A DNA stretch of 44,508 bases, taken from a virus (lineage: Duplodnaviria > Caudoviricetes). The notes under the pieces were generated by a model that made no database searches, had not been told where the DNA came from, and worked only from the letters and a program-made list of their open reading frames with translations. Position numbers and translations under genes: made by a program. The stretch's first letter is position 1; every line of letters starts with the position of its first letter. Of this stretch, positions 1 to 8,336 are shown in pieces. The stretch lies in IMG/VR virus record IMGVR_UViG_3300012816_000001, positions 1 to 44,508 of that record. One strand, 5' to 3'.

Positions 1-123
1 AGCTGCCTGATGGTAGGCCTGACGCGTTTGCCCAGCTTGATATAGAGCTCAACTGCTCGAATTCGATCTTCGTAGGAATACATGAACTACCTCCTGGTAG
101 TCCAAGTTTTCGTCCGCACCCCC
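1..123 (-). mobile_element. Left end of an IS3-family-like insertion sequence (runs off window)
   Basis: Minus strand reads GGGGGTGCGGACGAAAACTTGGACTACC, then AGGAGG RBS and ATG at 83 giving MYSYEDRIRAVELYIKLGKRVRPTIRQL, an N-terminus I recognise from IS3-type transposases. The junction at 123/124 cuts an integrase gene. Confidence 0.75.
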
Positions 124-1072
124 GAACTGGGACAAAGCGGACGCCAGTAGGTGTCTTCGCATCCTTGATGTGCATGAGCACGACACCATCATCAGTCTTG
201 ATGTTCTTCAATTCCAGAGATGTGCATTCCTCAATACGCATCCCTGAGAACAGACAGACCAGTGGCCCCCAAAAATAGTCTGGGGTGATGGCCATGCGCT
301 GATAGTTAGCCCAGTTGTAGATGGCCTTCAAATCATCGTCATAGAACTTGTCCCGCGACTTGATGGTCTTCTTGGAGTGGGCGATCAGGTGGTTTGCAGC
401 AGGGTTGTCACCCTTCACGTAGTTGTTCTTGATGGCGAACTCAAAGAGTGCATTCAGCTTGCCAAGGTGTGCATTCACGGTGTGAGGGACTTTGCCTTCA
501 CTAAGCATTTTTTCCTTGAAACGCTTAATGTCGTCGCGGGTGATGTCTTCAAGAAAGAGGTTGCCGATCGCCAACCGGAAGGCGTCGTAGGTGGTCTGGT
601 ACTTCTCCACGCTGGATGGCTTCAGGGTCAAACTGACCTCGCTGATGACCTCGTCAGCGACCGCCCGAAAGTGCGGCGACTTGGGCGTCATGCTGACTGC
701 TGACCTTGGCTCGGGCGCACTCTCTGATGGGCTGGACCTTGGAGCACTCCGCACCCGCCCAAGGCTCTCAAGAATTTGAAGACCCCGCTCTTGCTCCTCG
801 GCAGTGTCGGCCCGAAAGATGCCTCGCTCCATGTCAATTTCCAGGAGCTCGCGTATCGCCTTTTCATCCAGGTTTGGGATCTTTTTCATGGCCTCCACTC
901 GCAAATTCAGCAATGCAACAAGGCATTGTGCCAGCCGTGCATCGCGCGTCTGCAGAGACATGTAGAGAGTTTTTTGACTGAGATTTTTCTGGTGCAACTT
1001 GGGCAGTGACCAGCGGAAAAACCAGATACCTGACTTGGCGTCTTTGACCAGCCGTGGCATGGGTGCTCGCAT
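124..1072 (-). pseudogene. Tyrosine recombinase/integrase truncated by IS insertion
   Basis: Manual translation: MRAPMPRLVKDAKSGIWFFRWSLP...NPA...FSGMRIEECTSL...KTPTGVRFVPV, then IS sequence. The catalytic R and K are present; HxxR/H/Y are missing. AGGAG RBS near 1082-1086. It is absent from the ORF track because the frame runs off the window. Confidence 0.85.
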
Positions 1073-1107
1073 GAAAAAAGGCTCCTTGAGCCAACTTTTC
1101 GAGCAAC

Positions 1108-1174
1108 TTGTGGGTGAGAGTTGTGGGTTGAATAACCCGTGTGCCTGAAAAAAGTCTTATGAATCAAGACCTTA
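1108..1174. promoter_or_regulatory. att-arm features of the left element: direct repeats and IHF site
   Basis: TTGTGGGT at 1108-1115 and 1121-1128; AATCAAGACCTTA at 1162-1174 fits the IHF consensus WATCAANNNNTTR. Confidence 0.55.
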
Positions 1175-1181
1175 AAGCACT

Positions 1182-1255
1182 TGGAGCGGGTGAAGGGAAT
1201 CGAACCCTCGTATGAAGCTTGGGAAGCTGCCGTTCTACCATTGAACTACACCCGC
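1182..1255 (-). tRNA. tRNA-Gly (anticodon CCC), CCA encoded
   Basis: GCGGGTGTAGTTCAATGGTAGAACGGCAGCTTCCCAAGCTTCATACGAGGGTTCGATTCCCTTCACCCGCTCCA folds as a cloverleaf with TTCGA T-loop. One C-U mismatch in the anticodon stem. Confidence 0.97.
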
Positions 1256-1261
1256 ATTTCG

Positions 1262-1426
1262 CAACCCGTTGATTTCAAACGGAATGTTGCGCTAAGTGCT
1301 TGATTTTACAGCCGGATTTGCTGTGATGCGGCTTTCGATGTTCCCTCCATCTGCCCTCATTCACCCCGCGCTGCATATACTCCCGGTGTAGTTTAAGTGT
1401 AGTTTCTGGTGGTCCGAAACCTACAC
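1262..1426. promoter_or_regulatory. Prophage att arm: two IHF sites and arm-type repeats
   Basis: IHF consensus matches on the minus strand at 1262-1274 and 1293-1305. GTGTAGTTT direct repeats at 1386-1394 and 1397-1405, with inverted CTACAC at 1421-1426. Confidence 0.6.
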
Positions 1427-1463
1427 TACGCTGCACGGGGCGCACTCAACAGGTGGGGAGTAT

Positions 1464-2774
1464 ATGGTTTTTGATGCAAGGGCCGCGAAAGCGCTGCAGG
1501 CGGGCGATGCGATGGCTGTGCCTGGTTGCCCTGGCTTGCGGCTGCTGGCCACCAAAAACCTCAAGACCTGGACGTACCGTTACAAGGCGCCGGATGGCAA
1601 GCTGCGCCAGGTGGCCATTGGGCCGTGGCCTGCGTTGACGCTGCATGACGCCATGGCCAAGTGGATGGAGCTACGGGGCCAGAAGTCTGCGGGCGTTGAC
1701 CCGGTGGCTCAGCGCAAGGCCCTGCGCGCAGCTGCAAAAGCTACACCGGCCGCGTCGAAAAGCTTCACCGTGGCCATGCTGGTGGCTGACTACGTGAAGG
1801 GGCACCTTCAGGTGAATCGCAAGGCTGCCGGTGCCGAGGCGGCGCGGAAAGCGCTGGACCGGCTGATCGAACAGGAGCCCGAGCTGGCGGCAGCGGATGC
1901 AAGCCTGGTGACGCGCGCGCAGTGCTTTGACGTGCTGGAAGCGCGCAAGGCCACGCCCATGGCCACGGCCAAACTGCGGTCGATGCTGGGCTCTGCCTGG
2001 GAATACGCGCTCGATGCGGGGCGCTTGGACGGCAACACGCCCAACTGGTGGCGCCAAGTGATGAAAGGGCGCCTGAAGAGCAAGGGCAAGGTGATGTCAG
2101 GCAAGCACGTGGGCCAGCGGCGGCGGGCGCTTCGCGATGACGAAGTGCGCGCGCTGCTGGCTTGGCTGGGCAACATGCACCAGGTTGGGCAGGATGCCAT
2201 GGTGATGTACCTGTGGACGTGCACGCGGGGCAGCGAGATTTTTGGCCTGCGGCCTGAGCAGCTGGCGATGCAGAGGCAAGGCGACGATGCGGTGCTTTGG
2301 TGGACCATACCCAAGGAGCAGACTAAGAATGCCAGGTATGCCGATGCGGTGGATCTGCGCGTGCCGCTATGGGGCAGGGCGCGCCAGGTGGTGGAGCGCC
2401 GCCTGGCCAGCGTTGGTCAATCAGGCTACCTGTTTGAAGACACCCGGGGCAGACCGTACACACAGCATGCATTCAGCACCTATGTGTACGATTTGCAGCC
2501 CTACAGCCCCAAAGCAAAACGCCGGGACAACCCGGCGCTGCAATTGCCTGTGACCGACTGGACGCCCCACAACCTACGGCGCACCGGCCGCACCATGTTG
2601 GCTGCGCTGGGGTGCCCTGCAGAGATTGCAGAGGCTATTGTGGGCCATATGCCCGAAGAGATCGAGGCCACGTACAACGTGCACACCTACGACCAGGAGC
2701 GGCAGGTGTGGCTGCGGCGGTTGAGTGATCACTTGGAATCGCTCGCATCATCTGGCGCGCCTGCGCGGCCGTAG
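1464..2774 (+). CDS. int: Prophage tyrosine integrase with N-terminal arm-binding domain
   Basis: GLRL...KTWTYRY arm domain; catalytic CTRGSE, TKN, HNLRRT, GH and TYN all intact. Confidence 0.95.
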   Translation: MVFDARAAKALQAGDAMAVPGCPGLRLLATKNLKTWTYRYKAPDGKLRQVAIGPWPALTLHDAMAKWMELRGQKSAGVDPVAQRKALRAAAKATPAASKSFTVAMLVADYVKGHLQVNRKAAGAEAARKALDRLIEQEPELAAADASLVTRAQCFDVLEARKATPMATAKLRSMLGSAWEYALDAGRLDGNTPNWWRQVMKGRLKSKGKVMSGKHVGQRRRALRDDEVRALLAWLGNMHQVGQDAMVMYLWTCTRGSEIFGLRPEQLAMQRQGDDAVLWWTIPKEQTKNARYADAVDLRVPLWGRARQVVERRLASVGQSGYLFEDTRGRPYTQHAFSTYVYDLQPYSPKAKRRDNPALQLPVTDWTPHNLRRTGRTMLAALGCPAEIAEAIVGHMPEEIEATYNVHTYDQERQVWLRRLSDHLESLASSGAPARP

Positions 2775-2998
2775 CCCGAGTTGCGTGCAGGCTTGAGGTC
2801 TGACACGGGCAGGCTTCGGCCCCAGTCCTCCAGCTCTTCCACCAGCCAGGCGCTACGGCCTGCGGACAGCTTGCGCGGCTTGGGGGCCAAGCCCTTGGAT
2901 GCCATCTTTTCTAGCTGAGTGGACGAAAGTGATAGGAAGGCAGCAGCGGCCTCACGGTCCAAGTACAAGGGCTTTATGGTGACTTTGGCGCTGGTCAT
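2729..2998 (-). CDS. AlpA-like excisionase / recombination directionality factor
   Basis: MTSAKVTIKPLYLDREAAAAFLSLS...PKPRKLSAGRSAWLVEELEDW; last gene of the leftward operon; overlaps the int 3' end convergently. Confidence 0.85.
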   Translation of the reverse strand: MTSAKVTIKPLYLDREAAAAFLSLSSTQLEKMASKGLAPKPRKLSAGRSAWLVEELEDWGRSLPVSDLKPARNSGYGRAGAPDDASDSK

Positions 2999-3282
2999 GA
3001 AGCACCTTCTTGCTTGCGGGCTGCGATCAACCGATCTAGACCCGTTGGCTGGTGGTCGGGAGTGTTGATGGGGCCCACGTCCCACACGCTTTCGCACAGT
3101 TGCTGGGTGTGCGGGTGCTTGACGGCGTGCATTGCTGTCGCTTCGGGGCTGTGGTTAATGGCGACGTCTGAAAGGCGGCCAAAAGCTTCCTCCAGCCCGG
3201 TGCTGCACCCTGCGTCGGCGAAGTTGTCGATGTTTGGCTCGCCGGGGAAGGCGGGGAGGAGGGTGAGGGCGTTGCGTTTCAT
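2995..3282 (-). pseudogene. N-terminal remnant of a C5 DNA cytosine methyltransferase
   Basis: IDNFADAGCSTGLEEAFGR..DVAINHSPEA.AMHA..HPHT..LCESVWDV matches phage Dcm-like N-termini. Motif I is degenerate and the ORF ends before the catalytic PC/PDC motif. Confidence 0.8.
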
Positions 3283-4043
3283 GCGGCCTCCCCTTGGGGG
3301 TGATAGGCTTTACCTATTTCGGAGGGGCTATGAAAAATGTTGAAAGCGTTGGCTGGGGGGAGCTTGTTGCACAGAGTGTTGGGGTTTTCTGCGTAGTTAC
3401 TTGTCTGCTGGCTTTTTTCCCAGGCTGGGAGTTTGTAGGGAAAATATTTGCCGAAAAAGATGCCCCTGCTTGGGTTCAGGCAATTGGCTCGATAGCGGCC
3501 ATTCTTGTTGCGGTTGGTGTTGCTAGTTGGCAGTCCAGAGAGACGGCGGCGAAAGAGGAGAGGGCTGAGGCTCAAAAAATCGCGAGCGAAAGAGAATTCG
3601 CTGCTTATCTTTTGAATACTTTTTGTGGGACATTGTTTGCAGTCGTAAGTAAATTTAAGACCACACAAATTATCTACGCCTGGGATCTGCGATTGATGAG
3701 TGTCTTGTTGAGTGAAGAGTTGAGCAATGTAAAAAATATGCCTGTCTTGGCAATCTCTGCTGAATCGAGAAGAGCATTTTTCGGATTCAAACTGATAGCT
3801 ATTCAGTTCATCGAGGCAATTGAATTTGCTGAGCGCTCGGCTTCTCACATTCAAGGCCAAGGTATGGTTGTTGAAGAAACAGCGAAGTCGGTTTTGCAAA
3901 GTCTTATTGTGGATAAACATCCACAATTGGACCTGCTGCATGAAATACTTAAATCTGACAAGCATAAAGATGGTCATATTTAGCAACGTAAGTTCTGCTT
4001 TCGGGACATAGCTGCAAATCAAATAGGGAGTGCAATTTTTCAT
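3279..4043 (-). CDS. Operon-strand ORF (254 aa) spanning the 3330-3983 gene in antisense
   Basis: Starts at a TAATG overlap with the upstream gene and ends at an ATGA overlap with the downstream gene. The protein itself looks like an antisense translation. Confidence 0.4.
   Translation of the reverse strand: MKNCTPYLICSYVPKAELTLLNMTIFMLVRFKYFMQQVQLWMFIHNKTLQNRLRCFFNNHTLALNVRSRALSKFNCLDELNSYQFESEKCSSRFSRDCQDRHIFYIAQLFTQQDTHQSQIPGVDNLCGLKFTYDCKQCPTKSIQKISSEFSFARDFLSLSPLLFRRRLSGLPTSNTNRNKNGRYRANCLNPSRGIFFGKYFPYKLPAWEKSQQTSNYAENPNTLCNKLPPANAFNIFHSPSEIGKAYHPQGEAA
3330..3983 (+). CDS. Low-GC membrane-anchored cargo (moron) protein
   Basis: GGAGG RBS; two hydrophobic N-terminal segments (incl. APAWVQAIGSIAAILVAVGVA); AT-richer than its flanks; antisense to the operon; TGnTAGGCT extended -10 at 3301-3309. 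Confidence 0.8.
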   Translation: MKNVESVGWGELVAQSVGVFCVVTCLLAFFPGWEFVGKIFAEKDAPAWVQAIGSIAAILVAVGVASWQSRETAAKEERAEAQKIASEREFAAYLLNTFCGTLFAVVSKFKTTQIIYAWDLRLMSVLLSEELSNVKNMPVLAISAESRRAFFGFKLIAIQFIEAIEFAERSASHIQGQGMVVEETAKSVLQSLIVDKHPQLDLLHEILKSDKHKDGHI

Positions 4044-4819
4044 TATTCGCACGTCTCCGCCTGCATCTTTCGCCGTGCTTTCATCATCAACGCGGTTCTC
4101 CAGATAGCTACCTTTTCCGCCAGGCCGGTACGGTCCAACTCGATGAGGCTGTCGAAAACCGACGCAGCGGTCAGCAGCTCGGCGGCGTTGAAGCCCATAC
4201 GGCCGGTGCGCTGGTGGTGCAGGGCGACGGCTTCGTAGGTATTGAGCTGGCCGGCAATGGCGGTCATGGCCTCGATGGTGAACTCGGTGCCGTCTTCGGC
4301 CAGCAGGTGGATCAGCTGTGAGTAGGTGAAGCCTGTTTCCATCCAGTCCCACAGGTCGGCGCGGTCAGCGGTGCCGGAAGTGACGCGGCCGATGAGGTCC
4401 CAGTGAATGAGCCGGGCATCCAGTTTTTGGTGAGGGGTGGTACTGGCGCGCCAGAATTTGGGCAGGTCCTTGGGCTGTGCCATGGCGGCTTGTATCGCCA
4501 TGGATTTCAGGTGTTGAGCGGTTCTCATGGCTGGGGTACCCACTTCACTGTGGCCGTCAGGGAAGTGCAGGCGGTTGCCCACGCGGCTGGGCAGGCGGTA
4601 GGCGGTAAAGCGGGCGTCGGTCAGCCCGGGGTTGCGGTCCAGCTCGGGGCAGCGGTAGTGCGGGCTTTTCAAGAACTCGCTGCGCTCGCGCGCTTCGCGG
4701 TCCACGCGCTCGGACTGGGCGCGGCGGCGGGTTGCGTTGGCGGCGCGGGTTGCGGCGCTTTTTTGAACTGGGGTTGGGTGGCGGGCCTCGTAACTGCCTG
4801 GTTCTGGGGCACAGCTCAT
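4043..4819 (-). CDS. Hypothetical phage early protein (possibly two fused genes)
   Basis: ATGA-coupled to the HD gene; MSCAPEPG...; internal ATGA at about 4525-4528 (MRTAQH...). Confidence 0.65.
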   Translation of the reverse strand: MSCAPEPGSYEARHPTPVQKSAATRAANATRRRAQSERVDREARERSEFLKSPHYRCPELDRNPGLTDARFTAYRLPSRVGNRLHFPDGHSEVGTPAMRTAQHLKSMAIQAAMAQPKDLPKFWRASTTPHQKLDARLIHWDLIGRVTSGTADRADLWDWMETGFTYSQLIHLLAEDGTEFTIEAMTAIAGQLNTYEAVALHHQRTGRMGFNAAELLTAASVFDSLIELDRTGLAEKVAIWRTALMMKARRKMQAETCE

Positions 4820-5454
4820 GCCAACACCTCGGCACTCGCGCCGCACTGCGCAGTCAAAGTCTGGTACCGCTCCACAAATGCGTCCCGGTGGTGCCGCCAG
4901 CTCATGGCCACGCGCACGGGGCTGTTCAGGTCCACGGCCTCCACGGGGCGCACCTCGGCGCCTGGGGTGTCCAGGATGGGCCAGGGGGCGTTGATGGCGG
5001 GGTCGTAGCGGGTGAGGTCGCGGCGCTCGGTGGCCAGGGCAATCAGGTCGGCGCGTTTGATGAAGTCGCGGTAGCCGGTGTAGGCGGCCTGCAGGCCGTA
5101 GTGCTTTCGCATCATCAGGGCCAGCGGGTTCTCCAGCGACAGCCAGGCGGTGCCCAGCTCCCATTTGATGGGACTGGCAACGTCGCCGCACATGCATTCG
5201 TGGGCGTCGTGCATGAGGCCCGCAAGCTGTGCGATGGGTGGCAGGCCCATGTCTTGCAGGATGTCGCTCACAAACATACTGTGCTCAGCAACGCTTTCGG
5301 GTCGGATCGTGTGGCCGGTGAAGCGGTTGATCAGAGCCAAGCTGTGGGCGATGACCTCGATGGTGGGCATGCTGCCCAGCATTGCGGCGGGGCCGCTGAT
5401 GGGTTGGTCGGCGCCGTGGGCGGTGACGAGCCAGTGGGAGGTGGTTGCAGTCAT
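4816..5454 (-). CDS. HD-domain phosphohydrolase (YfbR-like 5'-deoxynucleotidase)
   Basis: IAHSLA..NRF.GH, SVAEHS, LMHDAHE, GD..SPIK and AD..ALATE.RDL motifs. Confidence 0.88.
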   Translation of the reverse strand: MTATTSHWLVTAHGADQPISGPAAMLGSMPTIEVIAHSLALINRFTGHTIRPESVAEHSMFVSDILQDMGLPPIAQLAGLMHDAHECMCGDVASPIKWELGTAWLSLENPLALMMRKHYGLQAAYTGYRDFIKRADLIALATERRDLTRYDPAINAPWPILDTPGAEVRPVEAVDLNSPVRVAMSWRHHRDAFVERYQTLTAQCGASAEVLA

Positions 5455-5458
5455 GGCT

Positions 5459-5638
5459 TCACTTCACGTTGCTGAAATCGGCCTTCATCACCACCTTGAT
5501 GGGGATGCCGAAGTCTTGGGCGGCGATCTTTTCCAGCGCGGAACAGATAGCCTCGTAGTGGGCTGTGGTGGGCTGGTTTGTCTTGACCAGCGCCTGGGTT
5601 GCCTCGGCCAGTGCACGGCGGTCTGGTGCGCTGCTCAT
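5459..5638 (-). CDS. Small hypothetical protein (59 aa, below track cutoff)
   Basis: MSSAPDRRALAEATQALVKT...ADFSNVK; ATGA-coupled; fills the operon gap. Confidence 0.65.
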   Translation of the reverse strand: MSSAPDRRALAEATQALVKTNQPTTAHYEAICSALEKIAAQDFGIPIKVVMKADFSNVK

Positions 5639-5859
5639 GTCGTTGCGCCTGCGCTTGGGGTGGTTGCCTTGGCCTTGGGCAGCGCCAGCAGGTACACGGC
5701 CTTGAAGTGCATCCCGGCCTCGCTGGCGAAGGGGTAGGGGCAGGAGTCGTTGAGGCTCTTGCCTTGCTGGGCGGCCTCGGTGGCGCGCTTTTCAATGGTG
5801 GCTTTGCTGACGATCATGTGACCCAGGCGGCTGTTGTAGACGGTGAGTTCTTGGCTCAT
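5635..5859 (-). CDS. Hypothetical protein (74 aa)
   Basis: MSQELTVYNSRLGHMIVSK...SCPYPF; operon position and codon usage. Confidence 0.65.
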   Translation of the reverse strand: MSQELTVYNSRLGHMIVSKATIEKRATEAAQQGKSLNDSCPYPFASEAGMHFKAVYLLALPKAKATTPSAGATT

Positions 5860-5902
5860 GTGGAATCCGTCCCGGTGGTGTATTGACAGGCGGCAGTTGG
5901 GC

Positions 5903-6250
5903 TCAGCCGTTGCCACGGTCAGCGGCTTCGCGAGCCAGGGCGGCATACGCGGCAGCGGCCTCCATGTCGCTGGCATTTGGCGCGAGCCCGTTGCGAGCGG
6001 TGGCGGCGGCGCGGGCCATGTGCACGGTCTGCAAAAAGGCCCAGCCCTGGCGCTCGGTCAGGGTGGTTTTTTCCATGGCGTTAAACGCTGTGACGGCGGC
6101 GGTCATGCTGCGGCCGTTGGGGTTGTCCAGCGCTTCGTGGTCGGTGATGGACTGGGCAGCGCTGCGCAGTGTTTCTTGAGCGCAGAGCACGGCAGGCGCT
6201 GCAGCCTGGGGTTGTGCAACGGCTTTGAGAGTCTTGATGGGGTTGGCCAT
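5903..6250 (-). CDS. Hypothetical phage protein (DUF6378-like)
   Basis: RSM.A.V.AFNA....LTE.QGW.F motif; AGGA RBS. Confidence 0.6.
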   Translation of the reverse strand: MANPIKTLKAVAQPQAAAPAVLCAQETLRSAAQSITDHEALDNPNGRSMTAAVTAFNAMEKTTLTERQGWAFLQTVHMARAAATARNGLAPNASDMEAAAAYAALAREAADRGNG

Positions 6251-6268
6251 GGTGGGTCCTTGGGATGG

Positions 6269-6634
6269 TCAGGCGGTGGCCGCCTCGGTGTTTGTGGGGG
6301 CGCTGGCGCGGCGGGGCAGCAGCTGCATGCGCACGACGTGGCCGCGCAGCTCGGGCAGGGGTGGGAAGGTCTGCGGGCCGGGGTGGGCGCGCAGGCGCTC
6401 CAGTTCCACGTGCAGCGGGGCGCCTGGGGTCAGGCTCGGCCGGTGGGCATTCCAGAAGGCTTGCGCCTCTGGTCCCACCCACTGCACGCGGTAGCCTTCC
6501 TTGATCTCTTTGCCGGTGCGGGGGTGGCGGCCTTGGTTGTCCAGCAGCACAAGCTCCAGGCGGAAGTTGCCGGCGCTGTCTTTGTCTGCGACAGGGTTCT
6601 GCCTGCCGATGAAGAGGGTGCCCTTGGCTTGCAT
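6269..6634 (-). CDS. Hypothetical protein, possibly OB-fold/SSB-like
   Basis: AGGAG RBS; beta-rich pattern (G.L.IGR...V.W.G..A......L.PG..L.VE). Confidence 0.6.
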   Translation of the reverse strand: MQAKGTLFIGRQNPVADKDSAGNFRLELVLLDNQGRHPRTGKEIKEGYRVQWVGPEAQAFWNAHRPSLTPGAPLHVELERLRAHPGPQTFPPLPELRGHVVRMQLLPRRASAPTNTEAATA

Positions 6635-6675
6635 GGTTGGCTCCTGCGTGCTGCTGAATTGATAGCTGCTGGCGC

Positions 6676-7536
6676 TTACGCCTTGCCGATCAGCACCGTG
6701 TAGCCGCTCTTTTCGCGGACGGTGTTGACGTACCCGGTGAAGGCGTCCTCCACGGCGCGCTCGGGGCGCTCCAGCTCGTACCAGAACTTCACGGTGCCGC
6801 TGTGGATGCGGTACTTGAGGCGGGCGGTGAGCTTGTAGCCCTCGCCGTTCTTGAAAATGCGCAGGCCCAGGGCGAAGGTCTGCGGGATCTTCAGCGTGCC
6901 ATCGGCGCCCGCTGTGGCGTTGATGACTTCGTTGTAGGTCAGCTGGGTCTGGCCGTCTTGCAGGCGGCGGGCGCTGCTGAAGTTGATGCCGTTGGTGGCC
7001 TGGATGGTGGTGGCCACGGTCAGCAGGTTCTGCGCCTGGTCACCCTGGATGTCTGCCAGGTTGTCTTCGATGAACTCGGCAAACTCGGTCTGGCCCATGC
7101 TGACCGTGTTCTTGTCGAGCCACTTCTTGAACTCGGGCGTGTACACGGCGGCAAAGGTGGCGCGGTGGTCGCGCCAGCCGGGCGCCAGGGTGCTGCGCTG
7201 GTCGTTGAAGACGGCGGTGATGGTGCGGGCGTCGGGGTCGGCGTAGATGTAGCCGCGCTCTTGCGCCACTTGGTCGGCGCAGTAGGCCAGCAGGCTATTC
7301 ACATCGCCCAGGCTGACGGTGCCCTGCGCGCGGCGGCGGTGGGGCTGGGCGGCCTCGATGGTGGCGGTGATGTCCTTGAGCTGGTAACCCTCGGGCAGCG
7401 TGATCATGGTGGCGCCGTCGATAGTGCGGGGCGCCAGGGCGCCGGCCACGTTGGCGGCCAGCTTCTCGGCAATGCTCAGCGCCTCGGGGGCGTGGTCGGC
7501 ACTGATCGCGCCGAGGGTGTTGGTGGTTTCTTCCAT
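6676..7536 (-). CDS. DUF2303 (YfdQ-like) family protein
   Basis: A.FND...GWRDHRA...EFKKW...Q.EFAEFIEDN..DI...IP..F...IF..G...ARL.YR. Confidence 0.88.
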   Translation of the reverse strand: MEETTNTLGAISADHAPEALSIAEKLAANVAGALAPRTIDGATMITLPEGYQLKDITATIEAAQPHRRRAQGTVSLGDVNSLLAYCADQVAQERGYIYADPDARTITAVFNDQRSTLAPGWRDHRATFAAVYTPEFKKWLDKNTVSMGQTEFAEFIEDNLADIQGDQAQNLLTVATTIQATNGINFSSARRLQDGQTQLTYNEVINATAGADGTLKIPQTFALGLRIFKNGEGYKLTARLKYRIHSGTVKFWYELERPERAVEDAFTGYVNTVREKSGYTVLIGKA

Positions 7537-7541
7537 GGTGC

Positions 7542-7892
7542 TCAGGCCTCCTTGAATTGAGCGGGTGGGGTGGTGGTGGTGACTTCACGCAGCTCCAGCG
7601 ATTGCTGGCGGGGGTGGTTGCGAGTGGTTTCACCGTCTTCGGTGAGGTAGAAGAAGTCCGTGGGTGTCTCGGGCTTGGGCAGGGCCAGCGTCCGGTCCAC
7701 GGTGATGTTCACGCGGTCGATGTCGCCGCCGCTGGTGTTGCGCACGGCGGGCACGACCTTGATGGTCAGCGTCAACTTGCCGGAGCGGCCGGTGACCTGC
7801 ACGGTGCGTAGCAGTTCGGCCAGGTCGCTGGTCAGCGCGGCGTGTGTGCTGCCCTCGTTGATCTCGTTCAGGAGGTGGGCAAAGGATTTCAT
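7542..7892 (-). CDS. Conserved phage protein (YfdP-like partner of DUF2303)
   Basis: L..V..TG..GKLTLTIKV.P...FY.T.DG...R..PRQ..L; AGGA RBS; usual synteny. Confidence 0.8.
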   Translation of the reverse strand: MKSFAHLLNEINEGSTHAALTSDLAELLRTVQVTGRSGKLTLTIKVVPAVRNTSGGDIDRVNITVDRTLALPKPETPTDFFYLTEDGETTRNHPRQQSLELREVTTTTPPAQFKEA

Positions 7893-7938
7893 GGCGTCCT
7901 TGTGTGTTATGAAATTGATAGCTACTCGCGCAAGCGCA

Positions 7939-8187
7939 TCAAGCGCTAGCGCACGAAATCAGCACAAAAGCGAGGGCGAGCGCGATGCCTGCAACCCACA
8001 GCGCAAAGCCCAGCAGCTCGGTGCGGGTGGCGGGTGCCTCGTCGGTCACCTCGCAGGCCTGCGGCGTGGGGCAGGTCTTGTGGCCCTGGCTGCAGCGGTT
8101 GGCGTTGCAGGCGCGGTAGCTGGGCGTGGTGTGGGCGCCGGTGCGCGGGCGGGCGCGGCGGTCGGTGGTGGGGTGGGTGGTGGTCAT
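7939..8187 (-). CDS. Small Cys-rich protein with C-terminal TM helix
   Basis: C...C.QG...CPTPQAC then a hydrophobic tail; ATGA-coupled. Confidence 0.65.
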   Translation of the reverse strand: MTTTHPTTDRRARPRTGAHTTPSYRACNANRCSQGHKTCPTPQACEVTDEAPATRTELLGFALWVAGIALALAFVLISCASA

Positions 8188-8336
8188 TTCAGCCATCCCA
8201 TCAGCACGGCAAAGGCGACGCCCAGAAACAGGCCGATCACCAGGCCTTGCCACCAGCCCACGGTCCAGGCGGCGTCGGTGTTCTGGCTGCGCAGGGTGGG
8301 CAGCGCGGTGGGCTTGCGCATTTGCGGCTGGCTCAT
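8184..8336 (-). CDS. Small single-TM protein (50 aa)
   Basis: MSQPQMRKP...GWWQGLVIGLFLGVAFAVLMGWLK; GGAGG RBS; ATGA-coupled. Confidence 0.65.
   Translation of the reverse strand: MSQPQMRKPTALPTLRSQNTDAAWTVGWWQGLVIGLFLGVAFAVLMGWLK

Noticed and set aside
377-1009. Plus-strand ORFs in the track (377-703, 706-981 and others)
   Set aside because: Shadows of the minus-strand integrase, which has clear motifs.
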